From contig JACKGM010000001.1 of assembly GCA_020639315.1 (NCBI GenBank), forward strand, positions 82,511 through 146,510: a DNA stretch of 64,000 nucleotides, given 5' to 3'. The position numbers and the translations under genes are program-made. Below the pieces are notes generated by a model. The model saw nothing but the letters and a program-made list of their open reading frames with translations, was not told the origin of the DNA and ran no database searches. How positions within the stretch are numbered: position 1 is the first letter of the stretch; the number at the start of each line of letters is the position of its first letter. Of this stretch, positions 50,846 to 62,800 are shown piece by piece. This DNA is from Candidatus Nomurabacteria bacterium. GTDB taxonomy: Bacteria > Patescibacteriota > Saccharimonadia > JAGOAT01.

Positions 50846-53800
50846 TTACTCCACCCTTCTTTGTCGTCTGATCACTAGGACTGGGATAGAGATGATAGAG
50901 ATTAGTAAGAGTAATTGGGTGACTGGGTGAGAGAGGATACCAGTATTAGGTAAGATAGAGTTTGAAGTGATGTCTTTGGTATTGGGGTTGGTTGGGGTGG
51001 GTTCTGGGGTGGGGGTAGGTTCGGGTTCTGGTTCTGGTTCTGGGGTGGTAATACTAATACCACTGACTAGACCTGTGTTGTTGGTTTGGTCTGGGTCGGT
51101 TGAGGTGGTGGTGGTTAGAGTAGCGATGTTGGAGATAGTGTCTGAGGTGTCTTCTCCTATGTAGGTATTGATATATACTGTCTCACTAAGAGTAGGAAGA
51201 ATACTATCATCTAGAGTGCAGGTTACTGTAGTAGTACCACTACAGTTGAAGTTGGGGTTGGCACTAGTAAATCCTATGAAGGTTAGTCCTGTGGGGAGGG
51301 TATCAGTCACAGTGATTGGTCCTGGGGCTGAGGTGGTGGTACTATTGTTGGTTAGCTTGAGAGCGAAGGTGACTGTATCTCCTATCCTAATCTCTTCGGT
51401 GGTCTCAAGGGACTTAGTCAGGGAGAGGTCGGAAATGGGGAGGGGTTGGGTGGTGTCTGGGATCAGGATTAGGCTAGGCTCTGTATTGTCTGTAGGATCA
51501 TCATTGCCATTGCTAGCTGGATCATCTGAGCCATTGTCTGGGTCTAGTCCGTCTTGGGAGTCATCAGTGTAGGTATTGTCATTAGTATCAGTACTAGTGA
51601 CTAGAGCTGTATTGAAGTAGTCATGGTCTAGGGTAGGACTAGTCAAAGTCAGAGTAAAGCTTAGGACTGCTACTTGGTCTGGAGCTAGACTAGAGTCTGC
51701 TGGGATAGTTAGACTAGTATCAGTTACTCCATCATAGTTTGGATTGGCTACTACTGAGTCTGGAGTAGTAGTGATTGAGACTGGGGTAGAGACTACTATT
51801 TGAGTTGGGTCTAAGTCAGGGAAAGTAGCTACTAGGTCATCAGTGACATCAACCATTAAGGCTTGTCCTAGGCCATAGTTTCTGACTGTCAGGGTGACTG
51901 GGATATCATAGCTATTAGCTATTACTTGACTAGGGTTAGTTGAATCAACAGTAGGAGTAATCGCTCCGATTGATTTAGCAATCCCGACTAGGGGAGTAGG
52001 TTCAGGAATATCTACTGGGACAAGGATAGTCTCTTCACTATCAGTATTGTTGCCTTGGTTAATTACTGGCTCTTCATTAGAAGAGATAGAAGCTAGATTG
52101 GTAATATGGGTAGGGTTATCAAGAGAGGTCGAAGTATCAGAGCTGACTGTTACTATGACAGTCACTGGATCTATCAATGAAGCTGGGGAGACTGGGTAAG
52201 AACCTAGGTAGTTACACTCTACTACTCCGGGGTTACCAGGAGTAGAGCTAGTACAATCCCAATTGGTACCACTAGCTGAGACTAGAGTTAATTCTTGAGG
52301 GAGAGTGTCAGTAACGATGATTGGACTAGTACCCCCACTATTGACTATCTCTGCTCCACTCAGGGCTGGGGTTAGACTGTAGCTGTATTCTGTCACTCCA
52401 TCACTGAGCCAAGTAGCTAGCTCAGGGTCAGTGGTGGCGGGGAGGGTGTCTTTGGTGATAGTTAGGTCAGGAGTAGGCAAGAGGGTGATCTCGGCATTGT
52501 CTTCATCATCATGGAGGTCTAGACCAGTAGGGTTGGTAGTTGTGACTGGCTTACTACCGGGGTCACTAGGACTATCTGGGTCTGGGGCTGAAGTATTGTC
52601 ATTGGGATCAGAATCAATGTCTACTTGATCGAGTCCAGTGACCTGAGCCAAGTTCTTGATTGTACCAGTAGCAGTGGCTGAGAGATCCATCGTGATTTCT
52701 AGGGTAGTCTCTTCTCCACTGGGGATATCTCCAATGTTCCATACTCCTGTTAGAGGATCAAAGCTTCCTATGGTGCTAGCACTAGGAGCATCGGTAATAG
52801 AGTGAGAGAAGTAGACTAGGTCTGGAGCTAGTCCAGAGATGATATCTTCTACTACTACTCCAGTAGCATCTGATAGTCCATTACCTGTGTCATTGTTACT
52901 GACTGTAATACTCCAAGTCACTTGGTCTAGGGGTAAAGGAGTAGGATTGTTGACTGACTTAGTCAGCTCTAGGTCTACTACTCCTAGGACACCAATCTCT
53001 TCACTATCACTATTGTTGTCTTGATTAACCACTGGTTCTTCAGTAGAGGAGACAGTAGCAGTATTGGTAATAGTGGTATTAGGGTCTACTCCGGGATTAA
53101 GAGTGACTGTCAGAATAATACTCTCTAGGGTAGCTGGAGAGACTGGGTAAGAACCCAGGTAGTTACAGTCTAGAATTGCTGGACTACCTAGGCTAGAAGC
53201 ACTACAGTCCCAGTTGACTGCGTCTGGTCCAGTTGGGTAACCAGTCATAGTCAGTTCTGGAGGTAGGTTGTCTAGTACTCTGATTGGACTAGTACCCCCA
53301 CTATTGACTATCTCTGCTCCACTCAGGGCTGGGGTTAGACTGTAGCTGTATTCTGTCACTCCATCACTGAGCCAAGTAGCTAGCTCAGGGTCAGTGGTGG
53401 CGGGGAGGGTGTCTTTGGTGATGGTCAAGTCAGGAGTAGGGATATTGCTTGGATCCATCTCAGCAGTACTCTGATCACTCACGGTATTGTCAGGGTCTAC
53501 GGTATCTACTCCGTCTACAGTAGCTGTATTGTCAGCTGGGGATTCTGTGACTCCACTGTAGTCTAAGTCTACTACTACTGTAATCACTGCGAATTCACCG
53601 ATCGGTAGATCTGAAGTCAAAGGATCAAGCAATTGAGGGTTAGTCGACTTACCATCATAGCTAGGGTTGAGAGTCAGAGTCCCAGTAGCGGGGGCAGTAG
53701 AGACAGTAACGCTATTGACAGCAGTGACTACTACTCCAGGGATCTCGGTCTCAATATCATCTACTAGATTTAGCTGAGACAAGTCGACATTACCAGTATT

Positions 53801-56800
53801 CTCCAATCGAAGATCAATAGTGTAGCGGTAAGAGTCTAGACTTAAGAGTTCTGGAACAGTAGTGATTGACTTGACTAGATCAAGAGCTGGATTAGGGGTA
53901 GAAGCTCCGAAACTAGCTGGGTCACTGACACTAGATTGATCACTAGTCAGACTAGCGATGTTGGGGAGGGTATTAGCTAGACCTGAACAGTCGCCATTGG
54001 TAACTGTTAGACTAGCTGAAGGTGCTCCACCACCGAAGCCTAAAGCAGTTCCACCAGTCAGCTGAGCTAAGTTAATCCGACTGAGCTGGGTATAGTCAGC
54101 TGGGTTAGCTGAAATTAGTGAAGTATCAAAGACTACTAACTCTCTAGTATCCCCTAGACCGGGATTGACTGACCCAGTATTAACTCCTGAAACTACTAGG
54201 TATCTCCCATCTAGAGTAAGGTAGCTTGAAACAGCCAAGAAATCACTAGGCAAAGAGATTGAGCCTAGATAGGCTCCACTGACAGTATCCAGCATATCAA
54301 TACTGTAGTTACTAGTATTTGGTAGGTAATAATAAAAACCATAGGGATCAACTGCCGAGGAGATAAATTGAGTCAACGGGCTCACGCTATATACACTACT
54401 AGTAAGACTGCCAGTCAAAGTATCTATGATGCTGACTTCTCCACTCTCCTGATAGACAAAGAGCTTGTTCATACTCTTGGAGATTTCTAGAGTCATTGCC
54501 CCAGTGATAGAGTGGACTAATGTAGCTCCAGCCCCTAGATTGCTTGAATCTATCTTGTAGATTGAGCTATTAGAACCAAAGTCAGCTGCTACCCAAACAA
54601 TTCCTTGGTTGTCTATCTCGAGATCGATTGGTCCAGTTGTTACTCCTGGGAGAGTGATAGTCTGGATTGGAGTAGTCGGGACAACTGTCGGGACACTTGA
54701 AACATCATAGACTGATACCGACCCAGGAGTATTACCACTAGTATCATACTCGGCTATGAAAAGCTTGGTTTGATCTGGAGATAGAGCTACCGCCATTGCA
54801 TAATTTGAAGCACTGACTGTAATCGAGCCAATTAGGCTAATGTTATCCTTATCACTAGTATCATAGATATCTACTATCCCAGCGACTGGGTTATCTGGAT
54901 CAATCAAGTTTGGTAGATAAGTGATAGACCCATCTCTAGTAGTCACAACATCACCAATCCCTCCTCCAGAGATATTACCTGGATCTGGGTCAGGCAATGG
55001 CGTCCAGGTGGTTGGATCAGTCGTGACATCAAAGAAGAAATTGGAATCCATACCAAGACCAATAGATCCATAATAATCTGAGCTAGCCATCCACTCCCTC
55101 TCAGTATCATAGACAGTAATCGTATGATCGCCAGCAGTACAAGGCAAATCAGTTGATGTGAAATTGTATAGGTAGCAACCATTACTGTCAGCTACAGTAG
55201 TAGCAAACAGTGAAGAATCGACATAGATAGCTACAGTAGCATTAGCCTCAGTCGTACCGACAATTGTCCCATTACCAAAAGCATCGATATCAATCCAAGG
55301 GGTAGAAGTCAAAGCTGGGTCAGGGTTACAGCTCGGTGCATTACTAAAGACTGAGTAGTAGTCAGTGATATTGAGCTCCACCGTGAAGCTGATTACTCCT
55401 GAGTCACCATCTAGGAGGGTTAGCCCGGAGCTAAAGATGTCTGGGTCTAAGCTACTTGCACTAAAGCTAGAGTTTAGGTCTGAGGCTGTAATGTCTGATA
55501 ACACAAACCCACTATCAATCACTGGCATAGTAGTGACTGTGATGTCCGAGCTAGTGAGGTTTAGACTAGTCTCAATATTATCGACTAGCTGGAAGTTGGT
55601 CAGGTCCTGACCTCCGAGGTTACTAGCAGTGATAGTAACACTAGCTGAGTAAAGGTTATCAGAGATATGTACTAGATTATTAATGTCTTTTGTGATATCA
55701 AGTCCTAACTCTTGAGCCACAAAGCCAAAGTCAATAGTGAGGTCACTATTGATACTACCATCTCCATCATTACTCGGCTCTGAGTCAGTAGCAAGACTGA
55801 TTACTTGAGTGATTACTCCATAGCTAGACAGTTCTCCATTGTCATCACTATCTATCTGATCATCTCCAGATTGTCCTGAGATTGAACTGTATCCATATAG
55901 AGCTCCCCCAGTAGTTAGCTGACTAGCTGGGATTAGGACGAAGTAGTCTCCTGCGCTCAGACCAGCAAACTGATACCAGCCTGATTCAGTCACCCCGGTA
56001 GTAGCTGGGTTGTCTCCCGTGATTGTAGTAGAGACTAGGGTGTCTACTCCACTGTCATAGACACCATTGTCATTAGTATCTAGGTAAAGCTCTAGAGTCA
56101 CCCCATTGACTCCAGTGTCAGTGATATAGTCATAGACTGAGTTATTGCCATTTTCGATCCAGACAGTATTACCAATACTTAAGCTAGTATCATAGATCCC
56201 GGCATCAATGTCTGGGTAATAGTTGTCAGGCATTATTCCAGTCGCTAGAGTGAAGGTAGCGGTTTGTCCAGTAGTCAGATTCTCGACATCAGAGTCGTAT
56301 TGATCAGTAGTTTGATTAGCGGAGGTAAAGACATAGTTGGTAGGTAAACTACTAAAGGTGATGTAATAGTCTCCAGCAGGAACATCATCAAACTGATACC
56401 AACCAGTCTCGATGATTCCTACAGTGTCTGGATTGTCTCCCGTGACAGTAGTAGATACTATGCTGTCATCGATTGCACTGTAGAGGGTGACAGTTATTCC
56501 GTCTACTCCCGACTCAGTGATGTCTTGGATGCCATCGTGGTTACCATCATTCCAGACATAGTTGCCCAAACTAGTTGTCTGGTAAAACCCAAAGTCCAAT
56601 GTGTTATTAGTATTACTATCAGTATCCTCATCAGTGATTGGTTCAGTCAATGGTTCTAGGGTAATAGCTTGAGATGCTACCCCAGCTGAGTAATCACTTC
56701 CGCCATTGACTACTACTCCATTGTCATCATTGTCGGTGTCATTATCTGGGTCTACTACTAGAGTAGAGCTAAAGTAGTTCTCTAGGACTGCACCAGTATC

Positions 56801-59800
56801 AAAGTTTGTACTAGTGACTAAGACTAGGTAATCTCCTGGGATTAGGCCATCAAACTGATACCAGCCTACTTCAGTCACTCCAGTGGTGTTTGGATTGTCT
56901 CCAGTGACAGTACTTGAGACTAGAGCATCTATCCCAGGATCATAGACTCCATTGGAGTTGGTATCTTGATAGAGCTCTAGTACTACACCATCGATACCAG
57001 TCTCACTACCGTTGACAGTACCGGAGTTGTCTAAATCATTCCAGACGTAGTTGCCGAGGGATAGTCCTACTTCACCAAAGTTGTTCTCTATTGAGTCTTC
57101 GTTTTCAAGTAGTACGATTGAGTTAATCTGATTGACTGTTAGTGGATCAGATGTCTGTAAGCTCCCTTCTCCGTATCTAGGATCAGTCCCAGCTCCGTCT
57201 GGACCATTACTAGGGTCAGGCAAGGGGTCACCATTACTATCATAGCCCAGGAAGCCATTGTCTGAGCCAGTAGAAGCATATTGGCTGGGCTGAGTTTCAT
57301 AGAGATTGTAAGTACCAGGATAGAGACCAGCAAAACCATAGTGACCATTTTGATCAGTCATCACTGGGCTAGTGATCAAGTATCCGGCTGGATAGGGATT
57401 TGAAGCACTATAGCTACCAGCTGGGATTAGTCCTTGACTGACTAGATTGGTCATAGCTTGTTCGTATTCTACTGGATATTGATTCTTGTCTGGCACTAGG
57501 ATATTCCCGAGCAAGTCTACTCCACTGAGGAAGACATCTACTCCCTCTATCCCATAGTCACCATCATCGATCGCTATGTCCTTGTCTTGGTCATAGAAGA
57601 CAGTACCAGAGATAGTTGAGAGACCAGCTGGAATGATTGGTACTTCGTGAGTATCAGTATTGTCAGTGATGTCTACTTCAGTACTGGTAGTATCGACTGA
57701 TACTATGTTCTCTACTACTGTGTAGGGGTTGGTCAAGAGGTTGATGTCACCCTTAACAACAACTGTGATATCAATACTAGAAGCTGAGCCACTAGTCAGG
57801 GTGAAGCTTGATGGAGTAGAGCTATCTCCATCATCATCACAGTAGATAGTGTAGTCTGGTGCAGTTCCCTCAGTGCTACAGACTAGCCCAGGGATGTCAG
57901 TAGCTAGGTTGGATTGATCGATTACTGGGATCTCACTAGGGTTGGTCGAGAGGTGAGTATTGTCAAGAATATCTACTAGACTGAAGTTAGTAGCATCTTG
58001 ATTGCCATTGTTACCAAACTCAATAGTGTAGGTGTACTCCTGACCGAGGTTGGCTTTGATATCACTACCAGTCTTGACAGCATAGACATTACTAGCAGTC
58101 CCGACTAGAGTCGAGGCTGAGTCAGTATTGTTCTCTGGAGTAGGGTCGAGGGTGGATGAGTCAATACTAGCAGTATTTACGAGGATTGAGCCATCGACTG
58201 CTCCAGGATCAGCTGGATTGATTGGCTGAGTGATAGTCACTACTCCTCCCTCTCCGGGAGCTAGAGTGAGAGTAGAGGCAGTAGCTGAGGATCCATCATT
58301 GTCACAGTAAATCTTACGGTTGGCTGAATCAAAACTACAGAGCATAGTTGCCCCACTGTCTAGGGTAGCCACGATCACTGGAGTACTAGGAGGATCTGTC
58401 TGGAAGGCTAGAGGAAGCTGGTCAGTAACTACTACTGCATTACTAGTATTTGGTCCGAGGTTACTAAACTCTAGAGTATAGGTCAGGGTATCACCATTAG
58501 ATATCTCAGTCGTAGTGATGGCTGAGAGATCGACTGACTTCTTAAGCTCTAAGTCTGACTGAAGTAAGAACATTCTATCAGTATCAGTGTTGTTGCTAGT
58601 CAAGAGTTCGGGAGTAGCGGTAGCAATAGAGACATTGTTGTCTATAGTAGTTAAGGTAGTATCTTGCATTGCTACTACATCAAAGCCAAACTTAGTGACT
58701 GGTCCTTGATAGGTAAAGGTATATCCATAGATCTTAGGTTCGGCAGTCGGGTTGGCTGTCCGATCGAAGTCGAAGCGGATACAGATATTAGTCACTGTAG
58801 CAGGAATACTAGAGATGTCGACTACTGAGGTGACTGGCTGATTCTGCCACTGAGTACCGAGGGAGGTGGTACAGGTGCTATTGCTATAGAGGGAGTAGGT
58901 GATCGATGTACCCTCTGGGATTTCTGAGTCTATTAGGAGCTTGCTCCAGGAGTCGTGGAGGGTGGGACTGACGGTAGTGTATTTGTAGTAGTAAGCGGAG
59001 GTGTAGTATTTAATAACTTGTTGGGTCCAGACTCCATCCTCGGGACTGAAGAGGTAGGCGGAGCCGGAGTTGGCGCCATTGTCGTCATCCCTGTATGCCC
59101 CGACCACGACCCGGTCTCCACCGATCGCTACACTGTAGCCGAACCAGTCATCAGCCGCCGCATCACTAGCAGTCAGCTTGGTCTCGACCCAACTGCTGCC
59201 ATCCCAGTCGTAGAGGTAGGCGGAGCCGGAGTCGGTGCCATTGTCATCATCATAAGGTGCCCCGACCACGACCCGGTTTCCATTGATTGCTACGCTCTGG
59301 CCGAACCGGTCATCAGCCGCCCCATCACTAGCAGTCAGCTTGGTCTCGACCCAACTGCTGCCATCCCAGTCGTAGAGGTAGGCGGAGCCGGAGTCGGTGC
59401 CATTGTCGTCATCCCTGTATGCCCCGACCACGACCCGGTCTCCATCGATCGCTACACTGTAGCCGAACCAGTCATTAAACACCCCATCACTAGCAGTCAG
59501 CTTGGTCTCGACCCAACTGCTGCCATCCCAGTCGTAGATGTAGGCGGAGCCGGAGTAGATGCCATTGTCGTCATCATAAAATGCCCCGACCACGACCCGG
59601 TCTCCGTCGATTGCTACGCTCTGACCGAACCGGTCATTAGCCGCCCCATCACTAGCAGTCAGCTTGGTCTCGACCCAACTGCTGCCATCCCAGTCGTAGA
59701 GGTAGGCGGAGCCGGAGTTGCTGCCGTTGTCGTCATCATAAAGTGCCCCGACCACGACCCGGTCTCCATTGATTGCCACACTGTAGCCGAGGCTATCACC

Positions 59801-62800
59801 AGCCGCCCCATCACTAACAGGTAGCTTGGTCTCGACCCAACTGCTGCCATCCCAGTCGTAGAGGTAGGCGGAGCCGGAGTCGGTGCCATTGTCGCCATCC
59901 CTGTATGCCCCGACCACGACCCGGTCTCCATCGATTGCTACGCTATAACCAAACAAGTCACCAGAAGCCCCATCACTAGCCAATATCTTCTCAATTCCAC
60001 CCGGGCTTAAATAGTCAGATGGTATTGTATTGATCTGACTCTTAACCCCCGTAAAACTCCCCGCCTCTCCAAAGTACCGAGAATTTGGCAGCTCAGAGTT
60101 CCAGTGAAATCTTAGGTCTGTGATACTACAATCCTGACTATTGGTATAGACTGGGGTATAGTCCCAGGTGATACCATTGTCATTGCTGTATTGTAAAGTA
60201 GTATTGGGGGGTTGATTGGTGACAGAATTTTGACGATAGCAAGTATTTACAGGAATTGATTCGACTAGGTCAGGATTGTCAGCTGAGATGTTACCAACAT
60301 TGCCATACTCGACGTCATAATGTATTCTCTCCCCAGCATCTATGTAAGTATCATCATTGTCAGCTGTAGAATTACAGTTGTTATCAGCTCCACAACCAAA
60401 GCCATCTTTGTGAGTATAGAGGTCTGCTCTCCAGACTACTACACTACTACTGTCAGTATTGTTGTCTAGATAATCTTCTACTGGAGTAGAGAGCTTGGTC
60501 ACAGTAGCCTGATTGACAATCTCTACTGAGTCCTGGGTACTATCTAGGACTCTAGTATATACTTGAAACTCAAAGTAGGTATTGGCTGGCATACAGACAG
60601 TATTAGGGGGATTGGTGCTGTCTCCTATCTCAATATCTAGCATTGATGCTGTTGAGTTGTCTGTCACTCCGACTAAGTCAGTGATCTTGTCTCCTACTAG
60701 ATTGACGAAGTCGGTAGAGCTATTGTCACTAATGTTACGAAGCTCAACTGTACCGAGACTATGGAGTGGGGTCTGGGGTTCTAGATAGGCTAGGTTACTA
60801 GTCAAGTCATCTGTTACTCCGATCTGACAAGTAGACTCTGTCCCCTTATTCTCTACTCTGAGGGTATAAGTCAGTGCTTCTCCAGGAGCGATACCAGGAT
60901 AGGATCCTGAAGGGTCTGAGGTCTTGGTGATAGCGAGGTCGGAGCTAGGAGTCTTGGTCGTAGCATTACTATGATTGTTAGTAGTATTGATGTCAGTATC
61001 AGCATAGATGTCAACATTGTTAGTGAGAGTAGTGCCCGAGGGTAGGTTAAACCCAGTGTCTGGATCAGTAGCTGTCAAGTTGATAGATACTGTATATGGT
61101 CCAGCTTGACTAGCTAGAGTACTAGGATTAGGTAAGATAGCAATATAGTTGGGAGAGGACGAACCAGTCCCGGGAGTAAGAGTCCAACCATTGCTGGTCG
61201 GATTGTTGGGATCAAAGGCTGGAGGAGAGGCAGTGATTGCTCCTGAGTGGTAATATACTTGTTCCCCATTACTAACACTGACGAAATTGAGGGTGACATC
61301 GCTCTGTCCAGCTCCACTCGGATCACTAGTAGTGTCCCAGTCGGGTAGAGTATCGATTAGGTATACTCCAGTAGCTTCTGCTCTAGAGTCATTACCATAG
61401 ATTAGATTAAACTCCCAAGTCTCTCCGGGGATTACGGTTCTCTCTCCGACTTTAATAGCGTAAGGATCAGCTTCGGGAGTAGTGACTGAGCTAGTAGCGG
61501 TATTGGGATAATTATCTGGACTCTCTATGTCAGTCGAGCTGACCGATACATTGTTACTCAAGGTAGTATTATTGGCAATAGATTGATCAATATATACTTT
61601 GTAGGTGATTAGGATTTGCTCAGAGAGAGCGGGGATAGTACCAGTCGGGTAGGAGGTATGATCGATTGTCCCGTTCCAAGTAAGGGTCTGACCACTAGCA
61701 CAAGTACCACTGACAGTCGGAGCTGGTAAGCTCCAACCCCCGGAGACTGAGATCACAGTCGGGGTAGCGGAGTTGTAGCAAATACCAGGATCAAGGGTAT
61801 CGGTGATCACTACATTATTGGCACTAGCTAGACCTTCATTGGAGACTAGGAGGGTGTAGTTAAAGAAGTCTTGATTGGGGGCAGATGAAGGTATGGGATC
61901 AGTCCTAGAGACTTGCTTGGAGATAGCTAGGTCTGGGTTACGGACTACTAGAGTGTCAGTGTCGGTGACTTGTCCGGGCTTGCCACTACTGTCTTCATAG
62001 TAACCATCGGCTTTGTTGGTAATAATTGAGCCAGTGACTAGATCGGTATCTGCTACTAGGTTTAGGGTGATTACTCCTCCCTCACGATCAGCTAATCCTA
62101 GTCCTGAGCCACGGAGACTAGGGCTAGTACCATCATCATTGGCGATTTCAATTGTGATAGTAGCTGTCCCATCTAGGTTGCTAACAATACTGACTACGGG
62201 GTTAGTCGTAATGTCGACTTCTCCACTACTAGCACCTTGACTAATAGCATGACTGTTAAAGCTGTTTTTAATCGAGCTTAGACTTACTCCGGCTGGTAAG
62301 TGGTCAATGATTCTAGTGACTGAATTGGTAGTACCTGAGTCATTGAGATAGTCTATCTTCCACTGGAAGGCTTCTCCAGCCTTGAGGACTTCACTACCAC
62401 TACTAGTGACTTCATACTTGTTGATAGCTAGACCAGGACTAGGCAAGATAGTGGTAAAGACTGGAGGTGCGATCGCTTGGAGTAGTTCACTTGAGAGGAT
62501 TGCATTGGAGTTGGAGATAATTGATCCTGCAGGAGAACCTTCGACTGTGGGAGTAGTATTGTTCGAATCATTAGTTACCTCTACTCCGACACTACCGATC
62601 GCTCCGACTGGGAACATTGAGGGAGTCAAGGCACTGTTGTCTACTAATACTGCGAAGTAACTAGTCTCTATCCCGAAGGGTGAGACCCAGCGAGTACCCC
62701 CAGAGGGATTGGCTTCCTGGGTACCTAGAGTAAAGTTGTTATTGATAATGGTGGGATCAAGCGGATCAGAGGGAGAAAGATCACTCGGCAAGGGTGGGAT

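Noticed and set aside
58955-59824. A 289-aa + strand ORF, plus other 60-140-aa ORFs antisense or out of frame within the giant gene: 50967-51572, 52431-53024, 55365-55610, 59659-59931 and 60582-63518.
   Set aside because: They lie entirely inside the 13-kb minus-strand ORF. They have low-complexity G/V/S/P-rich compositions mirroring its repeats, and they lack start contexts.
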